Shown here: piece after piece, positions 1-7,554 of the stretch
Position numbering within the stretch: the first letter of the stretch is position 1
How the letters are laid out: every line of letters starts with the position of its first letter
NCBI GenBank assembly: GCA_963842185.1
Contig: CAWJFL010000016.1
Coordinates: forward strand, 449,127 to 513,126
DNA: 64,000 nt
Direction of reading: 5' to 3'
Source of the DNA: an uncultured Verrucomicrobiae bacterium
Lineage (GTDB): Bacteria > Verrucomicrobiota > Verrucomicrobiia > Palsa-1439
Program-made: the position numbers and the translations under genes
Notes under the pieces: generated by a model
The model's input: the letters and a program-made list of their open reading frames with translations, nothing else
Database searches by the model: none
What the model was told of the DNA's origin: nothing

Positions 1-923
1 TCCGCGATGAATTCCACCACCGAGTCGGAAAGCTTCACATCGATCAACGCGGCTTTCTTCTTCAGAATCGCGATCCGCGTCTCCAGCGCGGGCGGCTGGA
101 GTTCCGTGACCAGACCCCATTCAAAGCGGGAAACGAGCCGATTCTCCAAATTGGCGATCTCGGCCGCTGGCCGGTCACTGGACAGCACGATTTGCTTGTG
201 CGCGTCGAACAGGGTGTTGAACGTATGGAAAAACTCGTCCTGCATCCGTTCTTTCCCCGCGAGGAACTGGATATCGTCGATGAGCAGCACATCAACCTGA
301 CGGTACTTCTTGCGGAACTTCGTCATCGAGCTGTTTTGAATGGCCTGAATGAAGTCGTTGGTGAACTGCTCGCAGGTAATGTAGGAGACTTTGCGGTTTT
401 TGGCGCCGGTGGAGGATGCGTGACCAATGGCCTGCATCAGGTGCGTCTTGCCCAACCCGACGCCGCCATAGATGAACAGCGGGTTATACGCCTTGGCGGG
501 TGATTGGGCGACCGCCAGCGCCGCCGCATGGGCGAAGTTGCTGTTGGGCCCGACCACGAACGAATCAAACGTGTAACGCGGGTTCAGTTTCACATCGAGG
601 TCGGTCCTGACCGACGACCGCTTCTCGTGCCGAGATGTCGCTGGCTGAGGCAGTTCGGGCGGCACTTTCAATCCCTGGCTGACGGCCAGCCGGACCTGAA
701 GGGGTTGGCGGGAGACCTGATTGACGGCTTCGCGGATCAACGGCAAAAAGTTATCTTGAAGCCAGATTTGGTAAAATTCGTTGGCGACACCCAAGACGAG
801 TCCGTCCTGGTTGAGTTCGACCGGTCGGATGGGCGCAAACCACCGGTTGAACAGCTCCGGATTGAGCATCCCTTGCAGGATTTTGCTCGCGTCGCGCCAT
901 AGTTGATCGTGCCCCACTGTCAT
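1..923 (-). CDS. dnaA: Chromosomal replication initiator DnaA, 5' part (3' end lies beyond the window start)
   Basis: The minus-strand ORF is open to the window edge, so it is absent from the ORF track. My translation from the ATG (complement of 921-923) reads MTVGHDQLWRDASKILQGMLNPELFNRWF...NPLFIYGGVGLGKTHLMQAIGH...VDVLLIDDIQFLAGKERMQDEFFHTFNTLFDAHKQIVLSSDRPAAEIANLENRLVSRFEWGLV. This gives DnaA domains I-III with Walker A/B. Confidence 0.93.
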   Translation of the reverse strand, partial: MTVGHDQLWRDASKILQGMLNPELFNRWFAPIRPVELNQDGLVLGVANEFYQIWLQDNFLPLIREAVNQVSRQPLQVRLAVSQGLKVPPELPQPATSRHEKRSSVRTDLDVKLNPRYTFDSFVVGPNSNFAHAAALAVAQSPAKAYNPLFIYGGVGLGKTHLMQAIGHASSTGAKNRKVSYITCEQFTNDFIQAIQNSSMTKFRKKYRQVDVLLIDDIQFLAGKERMQDEFFHTFNTLFDAHKQIVLSSDRPAAEIANLENRLVSRFEWGLVTELQPPALETRIAILKKKAALIDVKLSDSVVEFIA

Positions 924-950
924 GTTTCCTCCGTCGTTACGAGCCTCGAC

Positions 951-1272
951 TTATTCACAGGCTGTTGACACCGCTGCTGCATCCTGCCACTACAGGCAGT
1001 TTGCAGCCGGGGCGAACGGAAGGAGCGACCCGCACACGAATTCAAGGAGACAAAACCGTGAAAACCCCCTTGCTTTGATCACCACGCCCATGCAACCGCG
1101 AAAAAAACGTCTCAAACGGCTCTTACACCGCTGTGCGGCTGCGTTTCCCCTCACACCATTCGTGTCGGACTCAGGAGAGAGGTGAACCACAAAATCCACA
1201 TTCCTTGGGCGATGCATGCAGCCGACCAGCAAAACGTGGCTGAACGCCCAAGCTGTTCACAACTTATTCACA
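951..1272. promoter_or_regulatory. Cluster of DnaA-box-like 9-mers upstream of dnaA (candidate autoregulatory region or part of oriC)
   Basis: TTATTCACA occurs at 951-959 and 1264-1272 (1 mismatch to TTATCCACA). Also AAATCCACA at 1192-1200, TGAACCACA at 1183-1191 and CTGTTCACA at 1253-1261. All share one orientation and lie inside the 525-bp dnaA-glnA spacer. Confidence 0.45.
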
Positions 1273-1390
1273 ACCCTCTCTGCTATCCTCGCCTTCGCCT
1301 TTGCGCGTCGCAGCATAGTGACCGGGGTTGCGCGGTTCAAGAAAAAAATGATGCGCGCCAAAGAAAGTTTTGGTGCGCCGCGCAACACAG

Positions 1391-1429
1391 AAAAAAACAG
1401 GGCCGAAAGCTCGTGCGAACTTTCGGCCC
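1391..1429 (-). terminator. Rho-independent terminator downstream of glnA
   Basis: GGGCCGAAAG (1400-1409) pairs with CTTTCGGCCC (1420-1429) as a 10-bp stem. On the minus strand it is followed by a U7 tract (A-run 1391-1397). It lies about 20 nt after the glnA stop. Confidence 0.7.
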
Positions 1430-1448
1430 CGCGCGTGACGCCATTCTT

Positions 1449-2858
1449 TTACGCGTCGTAGTACATGTGGAATTCCCACGGATGCGGACGCAACCGCACC
1501 TGATCCTGTTCTTTGCGCTTCATTTCGATCCAGGTGTCGATCACGTCCTGCGTGAACACATCACCCTTCAGCAGGAACTCGTGGTCATCTTCCAATTCGT
1601 CGCAGGCCTCGGTGAGACTGCCCGGCATCGACGGCACTTTCTTGAGTTCGGACGGCGGCAACTCGTAGATGTTCTTGTCGAGCGGCTCGCCAGGGTCGAT
1701 CCGGTTCTCAATGCCATCCAGACCCGCCATCAACAGCGCGGCAAACGCAATGTACGGGTTCGCCGTCGGATCGGGCGGACGATACTCAATGCGTTTGGCC
1801 TTGGGACTCGGTGAATACGTTGGGATGCGGACCGCGGCCGAGCGATTGCGGCTCGAATACGCGAGGTTGACCGGCGCTTCGAAGCCTGGCGTCAGGCGCT
1901 TGTAGCTGTTGACGGTCGGGTTTGTGAGCGCCGCCACGGCGCGCGCGTGTTTCAGGATGCCGCCGATATAATGCAGCGCCAGATCGCTGAGGCCGGCGTA
2001 TTCTTTGCCCGCGAACAGCGGTTTGCCCTTTTTCCACAGGCTCTGGTGCGTGTGCATCCCGCTGCCGTTGTCGCCGAACAGCGGTTTCGGCATGAACGTG
2101 GCCGTCTTGTTGTGGCGCTTGGCGACATTCTTGACGATGTACTTGTACAGCATCATGTCGTCGGCCATGGAAACCAACGCGTTAAAGCGCAGGTCGATCT
2201 CGGCTTGCCCGGCGGTGGCTACTTCGTGGTGCTCGCGCTCCACCCTCAGGCCGCAATCCTTCATGACCATGATCATTTCGTTGCGGATATCGACCTGTGT
2301 GTCCTGCGGGGCGACCGGGAAATAGCCTTCCTTGTGGCGGATCTTGTTGCCCAGGTTGGGGAACTCTTCGCGGCCGCTGTTCCAAATCCCCTCGTTGCTG
2401 TCGATGTAGTAGTAGCCGCTATTGGAAGTTTGGCCAAAGCGAATGTCGTCGAAAATGAAGAATTCGGCTTCCGGCCCAAAGTACGCCGTGTCCGCGATGC
2501 CCGTTTGCTTCAAATACGCCTCGGCCTTGCGGGCGAGGTTACGCGGGTCGCGCGTATAGGGCTCACGGGTGATCGTGTCGATCGCGTCCGCCACGATGCT
2601 GAGCGTGGTGACCTGTGGGAACGGGTCGATGATCGCCGTGGCCGGGTCCAAAATCAGCAGCATGTCGCTCGATTCGATGGATCTCCATCCACGAATAGAC
2701 GAACCATCGAAGCCCAGGCCCGCCTCGAAAACCTCTTCTTCCAGCTCGGCAACCGGCGCACAGAAATGCTGCCAGGTTCCCAGAAAATCGCAGAATTTGA
2801 CATCTACCAGTTGTACGTTCTTGCTTTTGCACAACGCCAGCACTTCTTTTGGTGTCAT
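1449..2858 (-). CDS. glnA: Glutamine synthetase, type I
   Basis: 469-aa ORF starting [34 protein letters not shown] motifs present: [39 protein letters not shown] lies upstream of the ATG, and the gene follows glnB. Confidence 0.95.
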   Translation of the reverse strand: MTPKEVLALCKSKNVQLVDVKFCDFLGTWQHFCAPVAELEEEVFEAGLGFDGSSIRGWRSIESSDMLLILDPATAIIDPFPQVTTLSIVADAIDTITREPYTRDPRNLARKAEAYLKQTGIADTAYFGPEAEFFIFDDIRFGQTSNSGYYYIDSNEGIWNSGREEFPNLGNKIRHKEGYFPVAPQDTQVDIRNEMIMVMKDCGLRVEREHHEVATAGQAEIDLRFNALVSMADDMMLYKYIVKNVAKRHNKTATFMPKPLFGDNGSGMHTHQSLWKKGKPLFAGKEYAGLSDLALHYIGGILKHARAVAALTNPTVNSYKRLTPGFEAPVNLAYSSRNRSAAVRIPTYSPSPKAKRIEYRPPDPTANPYIAFAALLMAGLDGIENRIDPGEPLDKNIYELPPSELKKVPSMPGSLTEACDELEDDHEFLLKGDVFTQDVIDTWIEMKRKEQDQVRLRPHPWEFHMYYDA

Positions 2859-2960
2859 AGCTGTCCTCCTGGCCAGTCGGCGGATGGTTCACCGAACCGG
2901 TCTCTTTTGGTGTCATAGCTGTCCTCCTGGCCAGTCGGCGGATGGTTCACCGAACCGGCT
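2845..2960. repeat. Head-to-tail tandem duplication (period 58 bp, 56 bp identical) of the glnA Shine-Dalgarno and start-codon region
   Basis: Plus-strand 2845-2900 is identical to 2903-2958 (tcttttggtgtcatagctgtcctcctggccagtcggcggatggttcaccgaaccgg). Each copy carries AGGAGGA, an ATG and the codons MTPK on the minus strand. Confidence 0.9.
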
Positions 2961-2998
2961 GCAATTTTGGTTGCTCGTTGATCCAGTTTTGGGCGGCG

Positions 2999-3367
<369 letters not shown>

Positions 3368-3674
3368 CTAGAGAAGCGGCTCTGGCATGTAAACAGAAAA
3401 AACACCTCATTAGGTCCTCGCGATTATCACGTCGGGGAATACGTACACCCGTGTGCGCATGGACTTAGCAGCCAATATGCCACCACTTTCTTCTTCCACC
3501 CAAATTCCGTCCGCAAATAATTGTAAAACAAATTGTTACGTATTGCCAGAATCTAATGGCATGCGCGGAAGACGCCCTTTGGACTGCGGCGATTTACTCA
3601 GCGTGGTCAAAACAAAACGGGTCGCCGATTTGCTGTTGCTGCCGCTTTCCGACGCGTGCTACCGTTGGCGCGTG

Positions 3675-4796
3675 ATGGACGCACCAGGCAATGTGCCGGA
3701 CTCGATCAATTGCCATTCGTGCGGGGCGATTGTCGACCTCACCGGACAGACCGGTTTCACCCACGTCGAATGCCAGCACTGCGGGGCTCCCTCCGTCGTC
3801 CCTCTGAAATTTGGTGATTTCCTGTTGCTCAACGTGATCGGCACCGGTGGCACCGGCACGGTCTACAAAGCCATCGACGTCCCGCTCAACCGCTACCTGG
3901 CCCTCAAGATCCTGCGCTCGAACCTCGCCTCCGATCCGGAATTCGTTGCCCGGTTCTCCGGCGAGGCTCGTGCGACCGCCACCGTCAATCACCCGAATGT
4001 CGCCCAGGTCTATTCGTTTGGCGAGATTGACCACTGGTACTACACGACCATGGAACTTTGCGACCACGGAAGTCTCGACAGCCGCATTACCCAGCTCGGA
4101 CGTCTCTCCGAGGCCGAGGTGCTATCCATTGGCCTCCAGACGGCCTCCGCCCTGCGGGCCGCGTGGCAGCATGGCGTACTCCATCGCGATGTGAAACCCG
4201 GCAATATCCTGTTCAATGAGGATGGCGTTCCCAAACTCGTCGATTTCAGCCTGGCCACCGCCCCGGGGAACAACCCGGAAGGCATCGCGACGCCGGAGGC
4301 CGACCAAATCTGGGGCACGCCCTACTATGTGGCGCCAGAGAAACTTCGCGGCAAACCCGACGACGAGCGTAGCGACATCTATTCACTCGGCGCGACGCTG
4401 TTCCATGCACTGACGGGCCGGCCGCCGGCCGACTCCCCGTCCACCACCGACGCGGCCGCCAAACATGCCGTGGACCCGGCCGCCTCGCTCGCGATGGACG
4501 CCCCCGCGACCCAACCGAGCACCATCCGGATCATCACCCACATGCTGGCGCAAGACCCCGCCGATCGATATGGGTCATACGACGAACTCATCGAGGATCT
4601 CAGGGAAGCCCAGGATTCCCTGAAGAAGACGACGGTTGAGCCGCCGGCCGCAGCCTCCGGACATAAGCGGTTCGCAGTGTTGTACCTGCTAGCCACGCTT
4701 CTTTTCTGCGCCGGGGTTGTTTGGTTCGTGTGGAAATACGGCGTGGCGGACTTTCAAACCACTCGACCGCCCGCCCCTGCTCACACCGCGCCGTGA
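3675..4796 (+). CDS. Hanks-type Ser/Thr protein kinase with N-terminal zinc ribbon and C-terminal TM anchor
   Basis: ORF 3453..4796 carries kinase motifs GTGGTGTVYKA..ALK, HRDVKPGNIL, DFSLA and GTPYYVAPE. The N-terminus has CHSCG-x17-CQHCG. A C-terminal hydrophobic helix reads FAVLYLLATLLFCAGVVWFVW. The start is uncertain: ATG 3675 is chosen, but 3561 or 3453 are possible. Confidence 0.85.
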   Translation: MDAPGNVPDSINCHSCGAIVDLTGQTGFTHVECQHCGAPSVVPLKFGDFLLLNVIGTGGTGTVYKAIDVPLNRYLALKILRSNLASDPEFVARFSGEARATATVNHPNVAQVYSFGEIDHWYYTTMELCDHGSLDSRITQLGRLSEAEVLSIGLQTASALRAAWQHGVLHRDVKPGNILFNEDGVPKLVDFSLATAPGNNPEGIATPEADQIWGTPYYVAPEKLRGKPDDERSDIYSLGATLFHALTGRPPADSPSTTDAAAKHAVDPAASLAMDAPATQPSTIRIITHMLAQDPADRYGSYDELIEDLREAQDSLKKTTVEPPAAASGHKRFAVLYLLATLLFCAGVVWFVWKYGVADFQTTRPPAPAHTAP

Positions 4797-5242
4797 GAAA
4801 CGGAGCTGGGACCGAAGCGTCCCTGTATCGGGCTGGGCGTGTTTACAATGATCTGGTTCACCACGGATTTGACGCCTTTGACGGAGCGCGCCACGCCTTC
4901 CGCGCGCCACGCTGCGGCCTGATTGGGCGCCGTGCCACGCAAGGTGACATTGCCATCTTCCACCTCGACGATTATGCCGGCGCCCGTCGTGGGGTCGGTA
5001 TTCAGCAACCGTCGAATTTGGAAGCCGATTGTTTCGTCGGTGGGCTCGTCGGTGGTTCCGGCTTTCGATGGGGATGGCGGCGGAGCAGGCGGAGAAGAGG
5101 GTGGCGGCGCAACGGGTTGCCCCACCGCGCGCATGGCGGGTTGCGGCTCGATCGTGCCGGACGGCTTTATGGGAGTGCAACCAACCAGAAATGACAACAC
5201 AACCGCGATGATTACTGACGAAAACAGAAACCGCGCTCGCAT
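4781..5242 (-). CDS. BON-domain lipoprotein
   Basis: Signal peptide with lipobox LVGC, then a Pro-rich linker. The C-terminal segment GIIVEVEDGNVTLRGTAPNQAAAWRAEGVARSVKGVKSVVNQI is BON-like. Confidence 0.7.
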   Translation of the reverse strand: MRARFLFSSVIIAVVLSFLVGCTPIKPSGTIEPQPAMRAVGQPVAPPPSSPPAPPPSPSKAGTTDEPTDETIGFQIRRLLNTDPTTGAGIIVEVEDGNVTLRGTAPNQAAAWRAEGVARSVKGVKSVVNQIIVNTPSPIQGRFGPSSVSHGAV

Positions 5243-5348
5243 AGGGCCTCCAGCCTTTCTTTCCCTACCTTAGCACAGCCAGTCCTGCTGGTGTAGGGGT
5301 TTCTTACAGGAAAACCACCACCGGATGCTGCGGGAGCCAGTCAAAGAT

Positions 5349-5433
5349 TGGTGCGCGGGACAGGACTTGAACCTGCACGGCTTTCGCCATACGCCCCTCA
5401 AACGTACGTGTCTGCCAATTCCACCACCCGCGC
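5349..5433 (-). tRNA. tRNA-Leu (anticodon GAG)
   Basis: The reverse complement reads GCGCGGGTGGTGGAATTGGCAGACAC..TACGT-TTGAGGG-GCGTA..long variable arm..GGTTCAAGTCC..CCCGCGC-A-CCA. It has a 7-bp acceptor stem, anticodon loop TT-GAG-GG, discriminator A and an encoded CCA. Confidence 0.9.
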
Positions 5434-5501
5434 ACAAGCGGGTCAGGACGCTGATAAATTATATGGAAAGACGGCCACCGGCAAGCTAAGATTTCTCCGC
5501 C

Positions 5502-6263
5502 ATGTCAGGTCATTCCAAATGGTCGAAGATCAAGCACACCAAGGGGGTGGTTGACTCCAAACGCGGGAAGGTCTTCGCCAAGCTCGGCAAGGAAATGACC
5601 GTGGCCGCGAAGCATGGCGGCGGCGATCCGGGATTCAATCCCCGGCTCCGCACCATCCTGATGAAAGCCCGCGCCGTCAACATGCCCGCTGACAACATCG
5701 ACCGCGCCATCAAGAAGGGCACGGGCGAACTCCCCGGCGTCTCGTATGAAGAAATCACCTATGAAGGCTACGCGCACGGCGGCGTTGCCCTGCTGGTGGA
5801 GTTGCTCACCGATAGCAAGAACCGCACGGCTTCCGAGATTCGGATGATCTTCACCAAACACGGCGGCAACATGGCCGGTGTGGGAGCTGTCAAGCACCTG
5901 TTTCATCGCAAGGGCCAGATCGTGGTTCCGAAAGAGCAGATTTCGGAGGACGATCTCATGAGTCTCGCCCTCGACGCGGGCGCCGACGACATGATCGCGC
6001 ATCCCGACACGTATGAAATCCTGACCGATCCGCATCAGTTCGAGGCCGTCCACAAGGCGCTCGAAGCGAAAAACATCAAACCCCAGTTGGCCGAGATCGC
6101 ACAATTGCCGCTCACGCCGGTGCTCGTCACCGACGAAAAGACCGCCCGCTCCGTGCTGGCGCTGATCGATGCGCTGGAAGACAACGACGACGTCCAGAAC
6201 GTCTATTCCAATTACGACATTCCCGACGACATCATGGAGCGGATAACCGCCGCCGCCGCATAA
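5502..6263 (+). CDS. yebC: YebC/PmpR-family DNA-binding regulator
   Basis: 253 aa starting MSGHSKWSKIKHTKGVVDSKRGKVFAKLGKEMTVAAKHGGGDPGFNPRLR. This is the typical YebC N-terminus and length. Confidence 0.92.
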   Translation: MSGHSKWSKIKHTKGVVDSKRGKVFAKLGKEMTVAAKHGGGDPGFNPRLRTILMKARAVNMPADNIDRAIKKGTGELPGVSYEEITYEGYAHGGVALLVELLTDSKNRTASEIRMIFTKHGGNMAGVGAVKHLFHRKGQIVVPKEQISEDDLMSLALDAGADDMIAHPDTYEILTDPHQFEAVHKALEAKNIKPQLAEIAQLPLTPVLVTDEKTARSVLALIDALEDNDDVQNVYSNYDIPDDIMERITAAAA

Positions 6264-6265
6264 CT

Positions 6266-6290
6266 GTAGCGGCGGTCTACAGACCGCCGC
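6266..6290. repeat. REP-like element: GTAG head followed by a 10-bp GC-rich hairpin
   Basis: GTAG at 6266-6269, then GCGGCGGTCT (6269-6278) pairing with AGACCGCCGC (6281-6290). It sits in the 34-bp yebC-ruvC spacer. Confidence 0.55.
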
Positions 6291-6297
6291 GCGTACA

Positions 6298-6795
6298 ATG
6301 ATCATCCTCGGCATTGACCCCAGCCTCCGCAGCACCGGCTTCGGCGTCGTCGAGGTTCGCGGCAACCAGATGTCCGCGCTTTGTCATGGGCAGATCGAGA
6401 ACCCGCCGCGCGTTCTGCCGTCCCGTTGTCTGGTGCGGATTGGCGACGAGGTCAGGAAACTCATCGACAAACACAAGCCCGACGCGGTGGCGATCGAAGG
6501 GTTGGTCTACGTCCAGAACACGCGCATCGCGTTCACGCTCGGCCAGGTCCGTGGCGTCGTCATCGCCGCGGCCGCCGCGAACGATCTCCCGGTCTACGAG
6601 TACGCCCCGCGCAAAGTGAAACAGGCCGTCACCGGGCTCGGTGGCGCCGGCAAGAGTCAGGTCGGTAACATGGTCAAAGCGATGCTCGGACTCGCGGAGA
6701 TTCCCCAGGCCGATGCCGGCGACGCCCTCGCCCTCGCCATCTGCCACGCCCACAATTGCCGCGGCGTGCAAATCAAACCGCCCAAGCAGATTTAG
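6298..6795 (+). CDS. ruvC: Holliday junction resolvase RuvC
   Basis: Starts MIILGIDPSLRSTGFGVVEV, with later segments AVAIEGLVYVQN and GDALALAICHAH. This is the RuvC catalytic acidic-residue pattern. Confidence 0.93.
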   Translation: MIILGIDPSLRSTGFGVVEVRGNQMSALCHGQIENPPRVLPSRCLVRIGDEVRKLIDKHKPDAVAIEGLVYVQNTRIAFTLGQVRGVVIAAAAANDLPVYEYAPRKVKQAVTGLGGAGKSQVGNMVKAMLGLAEIPQADAGDALALAICHAHNCRGVQIKPPKQI

Positions 6796-6847
6796 ACCAC
6801 GTTCAATTCGCGTTGATTCGCCTGCATTCGCGGGTACACTGGCCGCA

Positions 6848-7447
6848 ATGATTGCGTACCTCCACGGCAAGCTCGCGGATTCCACACCGACCCATGTGGT
6901 TGTGGACTGCCAGGGCGTGGGCTATTCCGTATTCATCCCGCTGTCGAGCTACGACAAGCTGCCGCCCCGGGGCGCGGACGTGAAACTGCTCACGTATCAC
7001 CACGTCGTTTCGCAGGATGGCGCGCAGCAGCTATTCGGGTTCGTCACGCCCGACGAGCGGGCGATGTTTCTGTTGCTGATCAGCATCAGCGGGATCGGCC
7101 CGAAACTCGCCATCAACATTCTCAGCAGCACCTCGATCTCCGCGTTGCGCGGCGCGATCGCCAGCGGCGACACCAAAACGCTTTCCACCCTGCGCGGCAT
7201 TGGCAAGAAGACCGCCGAGCGTCTCGTGGTCGAGTTGAAGGACAAGATCGGCGGGGCGGCGGCATTCGAGACGAAAGGTCGCGCCGCCACGCCCGAAGAA
7301 CAAAAGCTCATCGATGCCGTCCTCGCCCTCGTGTCGCTCGGCTACAAGCAGGTCGATGCCCACAAGGCCATCCTTACCGCGGCCCAGACGGCCGGCCCGA
7401 AAGCGACCGTTGAAGAAATTGTCCGAACCGCGCTGCGAACCACGTAA
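6848..7447 (+). CDS. ruvA: Holliday junction branch-migration protein RuvA
   Basis: Internal ATG of ORF 6641..7447. Sequence MIAYLHGKLADSTPTHVVVDCQGVGYSVFIPLSSY...ISGIGPKLAINILS...LRGIGKKTAERLVVELKDK shows the OB fold and HhH motifs. Confidence 0.92.
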   Translation: MIAYLHGKLADSTPTHVVVDCQGVGYSVFIPLSSYDKLPPRGADVKLLTYHHVVSQDGAQQLFGFVTPDERAMFLLLISISGIGPKLAINILSSTSISALRGAIASGDTKTLSTLRGIGKKTAERLVVELKDKIGGAAAFETKGRAATPEEQKLIDAVLALVSLGYKQVDAHKAILTAAQTAGPKATVEEIVRTALRTT

Positions 7448-7467
7448 CAGGGTCAAAGACGGCTTGC

Positions 7468-7545
7468 CTTTGATTGTGGCCGCACCCTTTAGGGTGCGTG
7501 TAAATCAGATTATCGGCGCAGGCTAAAGCCTGCGGCTACCGGTTT
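7468..7545. repeat. REPIN-like doublet (two inverted GTGG/GTAG-headed hairpins), copy A
   Basis: GTGG-CCGCACCCtttaGGGTGCG is followed by a 16-nt spacer, then GCGCAGGCtaaaGCCTGCGG-CTAC. About 70 of 78 positions match the reverse complement of 28732-28808 by hand alignment. It lies between the convergent ruvA and ptrB ends. Confidence 0.8.
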
Positions 7546-7554
7546 TGTTCGGGG

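Noticed and set aside
2845-2960. The tandem repeat read as a miniature CRISPR or VNTR array.
   Set aside because: There are only two units and no spacers. The unit content is clearly the glnA SD and start region. No cas genes or other repeat-spacer structure occur anywhere in the window.
3383-3397. TGGCAT-N5-CAGAA read as a sigma-54 (-24/-12) promoter in the glnB upstream region.
   Set aside because: It is on the wrong strand for glnB. The -12 element lacks the TTGC(A/T) core, and no NtrC-type enhancer sites were evident.
3453-3674. The N-terminal 74-residue extension of the kinase ORF. Similar upstream extensions occur at 60687 (TPR/PMT-like), 60730 (leuB), 17195 (mtfA), 17120, 19001, 51523 and 42718.
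   Set aside because: The extensions start at alternative or unsupported codons and run through promoter or spacer DNA. They have no conserved sequence, and internal ATGs with better context coincide with the conserved N-termini. The kinase start remains genuinely uncertain.
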